NCBI GenBank assembly: GCA_937924855.1
Contig: CALEYQ010000001.1
Coordinates: 65,060 to 129,059 of the forward strand
Reading direction: 5' to 3'
Source: an uncultured Bacteroidota bacterium
Lineage (GTDB): Bacteria > Bacteroidota > Bacteroidia > JADZBD01
DNA: 64,000 nt
Shown here one piece after another: positions 20,735-31,261 of this stretch. Both the position numbers and the translations under genes were made by a program. The notes under the pieces are model-generated. The model saw only the letters and a list, made by a program, of their open reading frames with translations. It was not told the origin of the DNA and made no database searches. Numbering within the stretch: position 1 is the first letter of the stretch; every line of letters begins with the position of its first letter.

Positions 20735-21943
20735 ATGGAGCTATTTTCCGGAAGGACCTGGTTGCCTAAAGTATGGAAACATGGGGTGGATTCTGAGCAT
20801 CTCCGCCGGGCCGTCCTGATTCATCAATATCTGGTAATCTCCATCTCGGTAGTTTTATTCGGGATTGTTTATTATCTCCTCTTGGGCTCTGTATCTAATT
20901 TTCCCTATTCCTTTGCCCTTCTGGTTTTCCTCCTGGTTTGTTTACTGCTGAATCTTAAAGGATACCCCATTCTGGCTTTTCACCTGCAGGCAGGAGTAAT
21001 CAACTTCATGATTTTTATTTTCAACCTGGGACTCGGAAAAGAAGGATTGACCTTCCTGTTTTATTTTCCTTTAATCATGTCGCTGGTAATGATATTCAAC
21101 GACCGGAAAACCCGTTTTTCCCTTTTTGTCCATTTGGGACTTACCCTTTTTTTGGCCTTCCTTTCCATGTTCCTGGTTTTTAAGGGATGGCTTATTGACC
21201 TGGGGCTTGATTCCAGCGCCAAAGCATCTTCTCCTGTATTCAATAGTGTATTCAGCCTTATTATAATGATTGTGCTGGTAAACCTGTTCGCCAAAAGCAA
21301 TCTCCGGAATCAAGAGAAACTACGCCGCATTATTCGGGACAAAGAAGTGTTGATAGCCGAAGTGCATCACCGGGTAAAAAATAACCTGGCTATTATGTCG
21401 GGTTTGTTGAACCTTCAGAAAAATCTTATTACCGATAATTTTACGCGGGAAGTTTTGGAGGATAGCAGGAACCGGATTTCATCCATGGCCCTGATCCATG
21501 AAAAGCTTTATAAGAATCCCACCTTCTCTTATATCGATATTTCCAGCTATATCCGAAGCCTGTTCGAAGATCTTGAAAAGTCATTCAGCTCGGCTACCGA
21601 AGTGAATGTACAACTCGATCTTGAAAATATTAATATCGGCATCGATCAGGCCATTCCCTGCGGATTAATTCTAAATGAACTTATTACAAATTCCTACAAA
21701 CATGCCTTTAAAGGCAGGAATAAGGGATTGATTAGAAAAAAAAAAAAAAAAACAGGGGAGGAGGTGCTGTCTGTATATAAACACGATGGGGTTGGGGTTA
21801 ATAATGTGGAAACGTTAAAAGACTCCGAATCTCTTGGAATAACGGTTATTACCTCCCTCAGCGACCAGTTAGACGGGAAGTGGTCCTTTTCCAATGAACC
21901 CGGCTTTTGCTTCAGATTGAAGTTTTTAGTTAAAAAAACTTAA
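20735..21943 (+). CDS. Membrane-bound sensor histidine kinase (HisKA_2-type)
   Basis: 402 aa. About 5 N-terminal TM helices. HisKA_2 H-box (EVHHRVKNNLAIMSGLLNLQ). HATPase_c N-box (ELITNSYKHAF) and G-boxes. No response regulator adjacent. Confidence 0.75.
   Translation: MELFSGRTWLPKVWKHGVDSEHLRRAVLIHQYLVISISVVLFGIVYYLLLGSVSNFPYSFALLVFLLVCLLLNLKGYPILAFHLQAGVINFMIFIFNLGLGKEGLTFLFYFPLIMSLVMIFNDRKTRFSLFVHLGLTLFLAFLSMFLVFKGWLIDLGLDSSAKASSPVFNSVFSLIIMIVLVNLFAKSNLRNQEKLRRIIRDKEVLIAEVHHRVKNNLAIMSGLLNLQKNLITDNFTREVLEDSRNRISSMALIHEKLYKNPTFSYIDISSYIRSLFEDLEKSFSSATEVNVQLDLENINIGIDQAIPCGLILNELITNSYKHAFKGRNKGLIRKKKKKTGEEVLSVYKHDGVGVNNVETLKDSESLGITVITSLSDQLDGKWSFSNEPGFCFRLKFLVKKT
21736..21752 (+). repeat. 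A17 homopolymer inside the kinase coding sequence (encodes KKKKK in the ATP-lid region)
   Basis: Counted directly: 17 consecutive A residues at 21736-21752. In frame as given. Confidence 0.9.
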
Positions 21944-22062
21944 GTCCTTTTTCACTCCTTTCCAAAGCCCTAATTTTGCCGGTAGTAAGCAATTTTTACC
22001 CCTTGAAACAATCCCCCCTTCCCGGTTCCATTATTGGCTACATTTGGCACAGGTTTTTTTCC

Positions 22063-24690
22063 ATGAAAAAAGTACTTTTTTTCTTTTTTATTCTTGCCTC
22101 ACTACCCACCATGGCCCAGCTTCCCAATATGGGTGGCCGTTCCATGAATGTGGGTCGCTTTTACGGAAAAATACTCGACAGTATTTCCGGAAAGGGGATT
22201 GAATACGCCGTGGTTCAATTGCATGGCACCAAATTCGACAGTGTTTCAAAAACCTGGAAGCCGGCCATAATTACAGGTCAACTCACCAACGCAGCCGGAG
22301 AGTTCAGCCTTGAGAATCTTACTCCCTTTGGTTCTTTCACACTGAAAATAACCGCCCTTGGGTACAAGCCCATGGAAATGAAGGTTGCCTTTAACCTGGA
22401 CTTTTCAAAAATGAATCAGGGTGGAGGCGGAAGGGAAGGGAACTGGTCTTCGGCTCTTAACAGCGTGGACAAAGACCTTGGAAACATCCGGCTCAGGGCC
22501 GATGTGAAAACCCTGAATGAAGTAGAAATTGATGGCGGACAGCCGGATGTGGAACTGAAAATTGATCGCAAAGTTTACAACGTAGAAAAAAACCTGACGG
22601 CCATGGGCGGTAATGCCCAGGATGCCCTCAAGAATGTTCCTTCTGTAAATGTTGATCTGGACGGCAATGTAACACTTCGCAACGCCTCACCCCAGATTTT
22701 TATTGATGGACGACCCACAACACTTTCACTCGATCAAATTCCTGCCGATGCCATTCAATCCATTGAAGTAATTACCAATCCGAATGCCAAATTCGATGCT
22801 TCCGGCGGTGGCGGCGGAATAATAAACATTGTGTTGAAGAAAAACAGAAAACCCGGATACAACGGCAGCATCCGCGCCGGATTCGATTCCAGGATCAGGG
22901 GTAATTTCGGAGGCGACCTGAATGTGAGGGAAGGAAAGCTGAATGTTTTTGTAAGTGGCTTTCTCAACCAAAGAAAATCCAAAAGTTTCGGGGAAACCAC
23001 AAGGGATGAAATCATGGGCGATCCTAAAATTTCTTTCCTCCAGGAGAATCTTTCCACTACCAATGGGTTTTTCGGTATGGGTCGGTTTGGAGCCGACTAT
23101 TTCGTGAACCTCAGAAATACAATTACCCTTACCGGTATTTATGTGAGGGGTTCTTTCAACCCGCTCGATGAACTTTTTGCCCGTACCGATTCCAATTATT
23201 CTTCCTATTCCAATTACTCAACCTACGATCGCTTTTCAGATACCCAGCGGGATTTTGACAACATGGGTCTTTCCCTGCAAACTAAAAAATTATTCCCTAA
23301 GGCAGGAAAGGAGCTTACCACCGATATTAATTATAACAACAGCAGCTTCACCAATACTTCAGAGTTTAAAACAAACTATTATAATTCAAGCGGAACCCAG
23401 TTAGGTCCCTCCTTTCTTCAAAAGCAGGTTGCCGATGGAGGTAATGTGTTTTATACCGCCCAGGTAGATTTTGTGAACCCCATCGGCGAAAAAATGAAAA
23501 TTGAAACCGGTGCCAGAGCAGCCGTCCGCGATTTTATCAGCCGCAACGATAACTACCAGCAAAATTTCCTCACCGGGGAATACCAGCTTTTGAAAAACCA
23601 AAACGGTCATTACCACTTTGTGGATCAGGTTTATGCCGGATACGGAATATTCTCGCATCAGGTGAAAAAAATCAGCTATCAGGCCGGAGTAAGGGTTGAA
23701 AGCTCCTTCTATTTTGGAGAACTGCTCGATTCCAATGTTTCTTTCACGAATAGTTTTCCCCTGAGCCTTTTTCCAAGCGGTGCTCTTACCTATCAGAAAA
23801 ATTCCAAAAGCGATTTTCAGTTTAACTTTGCACGCCGGATTAATCGTCCAAACTTTTTTCAGCTTATCCCCTTTACCGATTATTCCGATTCGCTCAACCT
23901 GAGCCGGGGTAATGCCGCGCTTACCCCCGAATTTACACTCTCGACGGAACTTAGCTACCTGCATACCTTCAGCCGGGGAAATTCACTTATGCTCACCGCC
24001 TTTTACCGTCACTCCACCGACCTCATCACTCGCTATCAGGTACGCGAATTCGACACGGTGCTTAACCGGAATGCTATCATTAATACTTTTCAGAATGCCG
24101 ATGAAAGCTACGCATACGGACTGGAAGCAACGATTAAGTATTCCCCGAAAAAGTGGTTTGAATTCAGTTTGAACGGAAATGTTTACCAGTCGGTTATCGA
24201 TGCCACCAATATTGACCCGGGTCTTGAAAACGAACAGTTTTCCTGGAATGCAAAAGGGAACATTACTTTCAAATTACCCAAAGATTTTCAATTGCAATTC
24301 AACGGCGATTACCAGTCGCGCATGGCCCTTCCTCTTGGGGGTGGTGATGGCTGGAGAAGATACGGCGGCGGAGGCATGCATTGGGGTGGCTCTTCCACAT
24401 CCTCTGTTCAGGGCTATATGGAACCCAACTGGAGTCTCGATGCCGGGATTAAATGGAGTTTCTGGAAAGAGAAGCGCGGGTCGCTTAGCCTTAACATAAA
24501 TGATATCTTCCGTACCAAATACAATATCACCTATACGGAATCGCCATTCTTTGTGCAGCGTACTTCACGCATTCGTGATCCCCAGATAGTAAGGCTGAAT
24601 TTCAATTACCGATTCGGTAAATTTGATGTGTCCCTCTTCAAGCGGAAAAACATGAAGATGAATACAGAGGGAATGGATATGGGAATGTAA
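22063..24690 (+). CDS. Outer-membrane beta-barrel/TonB-dependent-receptor-like protein with N-terminal carboxypeptidase-regulatory-like domain
   Basis: Signal peptide at the internal Met (MKKVLFFFFILASLPTMAQ). Plug-like segment (IFIDGRPTTLSLDQIPADAIQSIEVITNP). Long Y/G/N/F-rich barrel region. The ORF track extends to 21976, but 22063 is the likely start. Confidence 0.6.
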   Translation: MKKVLFFFFILASLPTMAQLPNMGGRSMNVGRFYGKILDSISGKGIEYAVVQLHGTKFDSVSKTWKPAIITGQLTNAAGEFSLENLTPFGSFTLKITALGYKPMEMKVAFNLDFSKMNQGGGGREGNWSSALNSVDKDLGNIRLRADVKTLNEVEIDGGQPDVELKIDRKVYNVEKNLTAMGGNAQDALKNVPSVNVDLDGNVTLRNASPQIFIDGRPTTLSLDQIPADAIQSIEVITNPNAKFDASGGGGGIINIVLKKNRKPGYNGSIRAGFDSRIRGNFGGDLNVREGKLNVFVSGFLNQRKSKSFGETTRDEIMGDPKISFLQENLSTTNGFFGMGRFGADYFVNLRNTITLTGIYVRGSFNPLDELFARTDSNYSSYSNYSTYDRFSDTQRDFDNMGLSLQTKKLFPKAGKELTTDINYNNSSFTNTSEFKTNYYNSSGTQLGPSFLQKQVADGGNVFYTAQVDFVNPIGEKMKIETGARAAVRDFISRNDNYQQNFLTGEYQLLKNQNGHYHFVDQVYAGYGIFSHQVKKISYQAGVRVESSFYFGELLDSNVSFTNSFPLSLFPSGALTYQKNSKSDFQFNFARRINRPNFFQLIPFTDYSDSLNLSRGNAALTPEFTLSTELSYLHTFSRGNSLMLTAFYRHSTDLITRYQVREFDTVLNRNAIINTFQNADESYAYGLEATIKYSPKKWFEFSLNGNVYQSVIDATNIDPGLENEQFSWNAKGNITFKLPKDFQLQFNGDYQSRMALPLGGGDGWRRYGGGGMHWGGSSTSSVQGYMEPNWSLDAGIKWSFWKEKRGSLSLNINDIFRTKYNITYTESPFFVQRTSRIRDPQIVRLNFNYRFGKFDVSLFKRKNMKMNTEGMDMGM

Positions 24691-24696
24691 AACCCT

Positions 24697-26925
24697 TTAC
24701 CGGTTCAAACGGTTCCCAAGGCTTTCCATGTAAATTTTCTTTGCCTCCGAAACGGAAAGCGAAACCGCTTTTCCAAACTGCATTACCTCACCACCGGTAA
24801 TTCCGATTTTTTCAAGGGGAACACCGCAGGTTTTGGCAAGGGCTTTTAAAGCCTCAGCATTATTTTCGGAAACACTCAGCAGAATTCTGCCCTGAGCCTC
24901 GCCGAACAAAAATGCGTCGGCGCGCATTTCCTCATTCATGGAAACAGAAAATCCGATTTCATTGGCAAAAGCCATCTCCGCCAGGGCCACAAACAAACCT
25001 CCGTCGCTGATGTCCTGGGCAGCATTAATAAGTCCTTTCCGGATTGCTTTTTGGGTAAAATCCTGCACCGCCCATTCCTCATCCAGATTAAAATAAGGGG
25101 CGGGACTTTCCTTTACGCCCAGTATAGAATACAGGTACTCCGATGCGTTTAGGTCTGCCACCTGTTTGCCCGCAAGAAAAATTTGTTCGCCTTTGGAACC
25201 GAAGCCCAGGGGAGTGACAAATTTTTTATCATCCACAATGCCCAGCATACCAATGGTAGGGGTAGGGAAAACCGGACCTTCAAAAGAAGACTGGTTATAG
25301 AAACTTACATTACCTCCCGTTACCGGGGTTTTGAATTTTTCACAGGCTTTGCTCATGCCTTTGATAGAACCCACAAACTGCCAGTAAACTTCAGGGTTGT
25401 AGGGGTTTCCGAAATTCAAACAATTGGTAATGGCAGAGGGAATGCCTCCCGAGCAGGAGATGTTTCTCGCAGCTTCAGAAACAGCAATGGCACAACCGGT
25501 TTCCGGATCGGCATGAACATAACGGGAATTACAATCCACTTTCATGGCTAATGCCCGTGAGGTGCCGCGAATGTTAACCACCGAAGCTGCTGATGGATGG
25601 TTAGTACTCATGTTTACGGTTCCCACCATGGAATCGTATTGATGGTAAACCCAGTTTTTAGAGCAGATGTTCGGATGTGCCAACAACTTTAAAGCACTTT
25701 CTTTTACATCAGCAGGGGAAGTGGATTCCCATTTAAAATTTTTTGCCCTGCGGAAATATTCCGGTTCTGAAAATTCTCTTTCATAAACCGGAGCGCCTCC
25801 GCCGAGTACCAGTGATGCTGCCGGAACATCGGCTACCAGTTCTCCGGCCATGTAATATTTCAGCCGGTCGCCTTTGGTTACCACGCCAATCTGCACACAA
25901 TTCAAATCCCATTTATCAAAAACCTGCCTGGCTTCCGCCTCTCGTCCTTTTTTCACGACAACCAGCATTCGTTCCTGGGATTCGGAAAGTAATATTTCCC
26001 AGTCGCGCATACCGTCCTGCCGGGTAGGAACCTTGTCAAGCCAGATTTCCATACCGTGTTTACCCTTGGCACTCATTTCCGAAGTAGAGCAGGTGATGCC
26101 GGCAGCACCCATATCCTGCATGCCCACCACGGAGCCGGTCTTGATAACCTCGAGCGTAGCTTCCAGAAGCAGTTTTTCCTGAAAAGGATCTCCCACCTGA
26201 ACGGCAGGCAAATCTCCGGCAGACTCTTCGGTAATATCTTTCGAAGCAAAGGCAGCGCCATGAATTCCATCTTTGCCGGTTGATGATCCCACAATGAAAA
26301 CCGGATTTCCTTCACCTTCCGAAATGGCACTTACCGTTTCTCCCACCTTCACCAGTCCCACGCTCATTGCATTTACAAGGGGGTTCACATGAAAACACTC
26401 GTCGAAAAAAACTTCTCCACCTACCGTGGGAATACCGAAAGCATTTCCATAATCGCCAATTCCTTTCACCACACCTTTGATCAACCACTTTGTTTTTTCA
26501 TGATCCGGATTTCCGAAGCGAAGTGAATTCAGTTGAGCCACAGGCCGGGCCCCCATGGTAAAAATATCGCGGTTGATACCTCCCACACCCGTGGCGGCAC
26601 CCTGATAAGGTTCCAATGCACTCGGATGATTGTGGGATTCAATTTTAAAGGCACAGGCAAGGCCATCGCCGATATCGATCAGACCGGCATTTTCCTCACC
26701 TGCCTTGGCCAGCATGTGAGGTCCGTCTTTGGGAAGGGTTTTGAGCCAGCGAATGGAATTTTTATAGGAACAATGCTCACTCCACATAACCGAATAAATA
26801 CTCAGTTCGGTAAAGTTGGGAACGCGGCCAAGAATGCTTTTTATTTTTTCAAATTCCTCAGGCAGTAAACCCAGTTTTTTGGCTGTTTCTACCGTTGGAA
26901 GTGTGGTTTCAGACGAAATACTCAT
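24697..26925 (-). CDS. purL: Phosphoribosylformylglycinamidine synthase subunit PurL
   Basis: About 742 aa from the internal MSISSE start. PurL motifs (SEHCSYKNS, ESHNHPSALEPYQGAATG, duplicated AIR-synthase-related domains). Confidence 0.9.
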   Translation of the reverse strand: MSISSETTLPTVETAKKLGLLPEEFEKIKSILGRVPNFTELSIYSVMWSEHCSYKNSIRWLKTLPKDGPHMLAKAGEENAGLIDIGDGLACAFKIESHNHPSALEPYQGAATGVGGINRDIFTMGARPVAQLNSLRFGNPDHEKTKWLIKGVVKGIGDYGNAFGIPTVGGEVFFDECFHVNPLVNAMSVGLVKVGETVSAISEGEGNPVFIVGSSTGKDGIHGAAFASKDITEESAGDLPAVQVGDPFQEKLLLEATLEVIKTGSVVGMQDMGAAGITCSTSEMSAKGKHGMEIWLDKVPTRQDGMRDWEILLSESQERMLVVVKKGREAEARQVFDKWDLNCVQIGVVTKGDRLKYYMAGELVADVPAASLVLGGGAPVYEREFSEPEYFRRAKNFKWESTSPADVKESALKLLAHPNICSKNWVYHQYDSMVGTVNMSTNHPSAASVVNIRGTSRALAMKVDCNSRYVHADPETGCAIAVSEAARNISCSGGIPSAITNCLNFGNPYNPEVYWQFVGSIKGMSKACEKFKTPVTGGNVSFYNQSSFEGPVFPTPTIGMLGIVDDKKFVTPLGFGSKGEQIFLAGKQVADLNASEYLYSILGVKESPAPYFNLDEEWAVQDFTQKAIRKGLINAAQDISDGGLFVALAEMAFANEIGFSVSMNEEMRADAFLFGEAQGRILLSVSENNAEALKALAKTCGVPLEKIGITGGEVMQFGKAVSLSVSEAKKIYMESLGNRLNR

Positions 26926-27019
26926 AAAAATTGAATTGTTTGCAAAATTAAGCACCCTGACTTAATTAGAGTTACTTTCTTTTCAACATTCGCAATTACT
27001 TATATTTGATAAATTAAGA

Positions 27020-28528
27020 ATGGAACACCTGCCTTCCATAGTTTTTTTTCTGCTTTCAGCACTGGCCCTGATTTTCCTGCCCTTTTTCCGCCTGCCTGAG
27101 ATTCCCCGGAAATGGTTAATTTTTGCCTGGGTCGTGAAGCTGGCTGCTGCAGCGGCATTCATAGGGTATTACAATAAATCCGGCCTCAACCGGGAGGTGA
27201 TGGATGCCTACCGTTTTTTTGATGATTCAAGGATATTTTTTGAAATAAAAGAAGAAAACCCGGAAGCCTTTTTCCAATTGCTTACCGGTATAGGTGGCGG
27301 AGCGGAGGCGGACCTAATGGCCGGAAACCGGATGGCCAACTGGAACCTCGGCAAATCCTATAATTTTTACAACGATAACCGGGCGATGATTCGACTCAAT
27401 GCCCTGCTTATGTTTTTTTCGGGCGGAGATTATTTTTTTCATGTTCTTTTTTTCTGTTTTCTTTCTTTTGCGGGTTCGGTTTTTCTCTTTAAGACCCTGC
27501 GGCATAAATTTGAAATTTCTCCGGTCTGGGTATTTGCCATTCTTTTTTTCTGGCCCGGACTTATTTTCTGGACTTCGGGAGTATTGAAAGAATCGCCCTT
27601 ATGGCTGGGAGCCGGTATGTTTTTTTACGGTCTTTTGTCCGAATCGGGCAGTTTGTTTAAGCGCATGCTTGTTTTGGCGGTGGGAACCGTGGTGCTGTTG
27701 ATGTTCAAAATTTACTTCCTCCTGGGCGTATTGTTCTGGCTGCCCTTTTATCTTTTTGGAAAAAAGTTTATTACCCAAAAAAGAAAAATCTATTTCTCAT
27801 TTGTTGCTCTGGCCGGACTGGTAATTATTTTCTCGGTTTGGTTTGGTTCGGAACCTTTCCGGCAAATGCTCTCCGAAAAACAACGCGATTTCATTTTGCT
27901 GGGCCGGGGAGGGACTTATCTGGTAAACCTTAATAATTCCGATACGCTTTATTTTCCCGTGGTAAACGGAGCAACCATTCCCCTAAAAATGCTCCCCGAT
28001 TCCGGACAGGTGGCCATGGCCTCGGCAGCATCGGGATTCCTCTGGCAAAACAAAGCCGAAGGGGAAAGGGTAGAGGCCGCCCCGGACCAAGGACCCTACC
28101 TGTTGCTTATGAACCTGAGTCCTGCCCGTAGCTTTACGGATATTCCCCGCCTCATGCCCGAAAAACCCGCCTCGCTGTTTCCGGCCCTGGCTCATGGACT
28201 TTTCAATGTTTTTTTCCGACCCCATCCCCTCGAATGGAAGGGTGTTTTTCAGATTATTTCCGGTCTCGAAACAATCCTGCTTCTGCTCATTCTTATCTTT
28301 CTGTTTCCCTGCCTTTCCCTGAGCCGGATTAAAGGATTGTCCCTTTTCTTTTTCTTCTTTTTTGTTGCCCTTACTTTGCTTGCCCTGCCGGGAATAATAA
28401 CTCCGGTACTCGGAGCTCTGGTTCGTTATAAGGTGCCCTTGATACCCCTGTTTATTTTTTCCTTTTTTGCCCTTTTCGACCTCGCGAAAGCCCGATTGAA
28501 ATACCCCCGGGCAGGCAGGTTTTTTTAA
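27020..28528 (+). CDS. Hypothetical polytopic membrane protein
   Basis: 502 aa with at least 10 predicted hydrophobic helices and a central soluble loop. No recognisable catalytic motif. Confidence 0.45.
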   Translation: MEHLPSIVFFLLSALALIFLPFFRLPEIPRKWLIFAWVVKLAAAAAFIGYYNKSGLNREVMDAYRFFDDSRIFFEIKEENPEAFFQLLTGIGGGAEADLMAGNRMANWNLGKSYNFYNDNRAMIRLNALLMFFSGGDYFFHVLFFCFLSFAGSVFLFKTLRHKFEISPVWVFAILFFWPGLIFWTSGVLKESPLWLGAGMFFYGLLSESGSLFKRMLVLAVGTVVLLMFKIYFLLGVLFWLPFYLFGKKFITQKRKIYFSFVALAGLVIIFSVWFGSEPFRQMLSEKQRDFILLGRGGTYLVNLNNSDTLYFPVVNGATIPLKMLPDSGQVAMASAASGFLWQNKAEGERVEAAPDQGPYLLLMNLSPARSFTDIPRLMPEKPASLFPALAHGLFNVFFRPHPLEWKGVFQIISGLETILLLLILIFLFPCLSLSRIKGLSLFFFFFFVALTLLALPGIITPVLGALVRYKVPLIPLFIFSFFALFDLAKARLKYPRAGRFF

Positions 28529-28556
28529 TCCTTTTCCACAGGATAATTGGTTATTT

Positions 28557-30500
28557 TTGGCTTCGTTTCCAATTATGGCATTTAAGGATTTATTCAGGAA
28601 AAAATCCGTTAACCAGATCCTCGCTCAGGTGGCTGAGGGCGGTGGCGACGGTCATGGAGGAAAACTCCATCGGACCCTCAGGGTTAAAGACCTTGCCTCC
28701 TTCGGGATTGCCGCTATTATCGGGGCCGGTATTTTCAGTACCATTGGAAAAGCCTCCGCCGACGGAGGTCCCGGCGTGGTATTTCTTTTTGCCTTTACTG
28801 CCCTGGCCTGTAGCTTCGCGGCCTTTGCCTATGCTGAATTCGCCAGCATGGTGCCTGTGTCAGGGTCAGCCTATACATACTCCTATGTGGCCTTCGGGGA
28901 GTTGATGGCCTGGATCATTGGCTGGTCTCTCATTATGGAGTATGGCATTGGAAATATTACCGTGGCTATTTCATGGTCCGATTATTTTACCGGCCTGCTC
29001 GAAAGCGGTGGTATTCACCTGCCCCAATGGATTCAAATGGATTTCCTTTCCGCTAAAAACGGATACGACGAAGCCCTGGCCCTCATGAGTTCCGGAAAAG
29101 AATTTTCAGCCCTTCCCGACGCACTTAAATTTGCCCATATTGCCTGGACCGAAGCTCCTGCCCTGGGTCCTTTGCGGCTTATTGCCGACCTCCCCGCCCT
29201 TCTCATCATTGTACTGATTACGGCTTTGGTTTACCGGGGTATGAAAGAATCGAAAAATGCAACCAACGCGATGGTGGTTATCAAACTTGCCGTGATTCTG
29301 CTGGTGATTGCCGTTGGAGTTTTTTATGTGGATACCGATAATTGGTCGCCCTTTGCTCCCCATGGCATTTCAGGCATTCTAAAAGGAGTAAGCGCCGTGT
29401 TTTTTGCCTACATAGGCTTCGATGCTATTTCCACAACGGCCGAAGAATGTGAAAACCCGCAACGCGATCTTCCCCGCGGAATGATGTGGGCCATTATTAT
29501 TTGTACCGTTCTCTACATTGCCATCGCCCTTGTGCTGACCGGAATGATTAAATACGATCAACTCGCAGTAGGCGATCCCCTGGCTTTTGTTTTCGGAAAA
29601 GTAAATCTGAAATGGATGTCGGGCATTATTGCCGTGAGTGCGGTGGTTGCCATGGCCAGCGTTTTGCTTGTTTTCCAGATGGGACAACCAAGGATTTGGA
29701 TGAGCATGAGCCGCGATGGTCTTTTGCCTCCGGCCTTTTCACGCATTCATCCCAAGTATAAAACGCCTTCCTTCGCAACTGTTGTAGTGGGTTTTGTGGT
29801 AGCTGTGCCTGCCTTGTTTATGAACCTTACCATGGTTACCGACCTTTGCAGCATAGGAACCCTGTTTGCCTTTGTGCTGGTTTGTGCCGGAGTATTAAAA
29901 ATGGGCATGGATAAAAATGCACCCAGAGGAAAATTCAAAACGCCCTATATCAATTCCCGTTTTATCATGCCCCTGCTTTTCGCCCTCGGGGTTTGGATAT
30001 CACTTTTCTATTTCAAAGAGGATACGCTTTCTTTTCTCACCAATAAGCCAAAGCATTTCGATGCTTCCACTTTTGTTACTTCCCTGAGCCGGGAAGAAAT
30101 TGCTCTGGTGAAAAATGAAATTGCCCTCGCTGACTCCGCCGGACTGGCCGGTGTGGATGGTGATGCCGCTGCTTACCTGGGCGAAATGAAAGAAAAGGAT
30201 TATAAAGCCCTTCTCGACAGACTACCCCTCGAAGAAGGAAAGAAAATTGAATCCGGCTGGGATAATTTCCGACATAAAATTCCCATGTGGATATTTCTTA
30301 TCATTCTCGTAGGCTTAGTCATTTCCTCCGTGGTTCACAAACACAGTCTTATTCCTATGCTTGGCCTGGTTTCCTGTCTGTATATGATGGCGGAACTCGG
30401 ACTTTCAAACTGGATTGGTTTTGGAATCTGGCTGGCGGTAGGATTGGTAATTTACTTTTTGTATGGAAATCGTAACAGTTTGTTAGGAAAGAAAAAATGA
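28557..30500 (+). CDS. APC-family amino-acid permease with extended C-terminus
   Basis: N-terminal APC signature (LRVKDLASFGIAAIIGAGIFSTIG…FAYAEFASMVPVSGSAYTYSY). 12 or more TM segments. An extra C-terminal region of about 150 aa with 2 TM. The start may be the internal MAFKD. Confidence 0.8.
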   Translation: MASFPIMAFKDLFRKKSVNQILAQVAEGGGDGHGGKLHRTLRVKDLASFGIAAIIGAGIFSTIGKASADGGPGVVFLFAFTALACSFAAFAYAEFASMVPVSGSAYTYSYVAFGELMAWIIGWSLIMEYGIGNITVAISWSDYFTGLLESGGIHLPQWIQMDFLSAKNGYDEALALMSSGKEFSALPDALKFAHIAWTEAPALGPLRLIADLPALLIIVLITALVYRGMKESKNATNAMVVIKLAVILLVIAVGVFYVDTDNWSPFAPHGISGILKGVSAVFFAYIGFDAISTTAEECENPQRDLPRGMMWAIIICTVLYIAIALVLTGMIKYDQLAVGDPLAFVFGKVNLKWMSGIIAVSAVVAMASVLLVFQMGQPRIWMSMSRDGLLPPAFSRIHPKYKTPSFATVVVGFVVAVPALFMNLTMVTDLCSIGTLFAFVLVCAGVLKMGMDKNAPRGKFKTPYINSRFIMPLLFALGVWISLFYFKEDTLSFLTNKPKHFDASTFVTSLSREEIALVKNEIALADSAGLAGVDGDAAAYLGEMKEKDYKALLDRLPLEEGKKIESGWDNFRHKIPMWIFLIILVGLVISSVVHKHSLIPMLGLVSCLYMMAELGLSNWIGFGIWLAVGLVIYFLYGNRNSLLGKKK

Positions 30501-31258
30501 GCAAGGGAATTGTTTTTATTACCGGTGCCAGTGCCGGGTTTGGAAAAGAAACGGCCATCAAGTTTTCAGCTGCAGGTTATTCCGTTATTCTGTGTGCCCG
30601 TCGCAGCGAAAAACTGGAAATTCTTAAAATGGAATTAGAAGGAAAAGGCGGAAGTGCGCTGGTTCTTACCCTGGATGTAAGAAATAAAGAATCGGTTTTT
30701 TCGGCCATTGCATCGCTTCCCGAATCCTGGAAAAATATAGACATTTTGGTTAATAATGCAGGACTCGCTTCCGGATTGGCTCCCATTGACAAAGGCGATA
30801 CCGATGACTGGGATAAAATGATTGATACCAATGTAAAGGGATTGCTTTACCTCACCCGTGCCGTTTCACCCGGCATGATAGAAAGAGGAGGGGGTCATAT
30901 TATTAATGTAGGATCCATTGCCGGAAAAGAAGTGTATCCCAACGGGAATGTGTATTGCGGCACCAAACACGCCGTTGACGCCATTACGCGGGCAACCCGG
31001 ATTGATCTGGTTCAATATGGCATTAGGGTATCGGGCATTTGTCCGGGTTTGGCATAAACCGAATTTTCCATTGTCCGCTTTAAAGGTGATAAAGAAAAAG
31101 CAGGAATGGTTTACAAGGGGCTCAAACCCTTAAGCGCCGAAGATATTGCCGAAACCATTTTCTGGGTCGCTACCCGTCCCGCCCATGTAAATATTCTGGA
31201 TGTGGTGTTAACCCCCTCTGCTCAGGCCAACTCAACACTTGTAATCCGGAAAAACTAA
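30497..31258 (+). pseudogene. SDR-family NADP-dependent 3-hydroxy-acid dehydrogenase (YdfG-like) interrupted by an in-frame TAA at 31055-31057
   Basis: The N-terminal 186 codons are a classic SDR (TGASAGFG Rossmann motif, NNAG, Y-x3-K as YCGTKHA). After the TAA, the same frame continues without a shift as TEFSIVRFKGDKEK…FWVATRPAHVNILDVVLTPSAQ, which is the conserved SDR C-terminus. The TAA replaces the expected Glu of PGL(A/V)ETEFS. Confidence 0.6.
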
Positions 31259-31261
31259 GCC

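Noticed and set aside
30918-31133. 71-aa ORF spanning the SDR stop codon in another frame
   Set aside because: The zero-frame continuation after the TAA matches the conserved SDR C-terminus. This alternate-frame ORF has no homology-like features.
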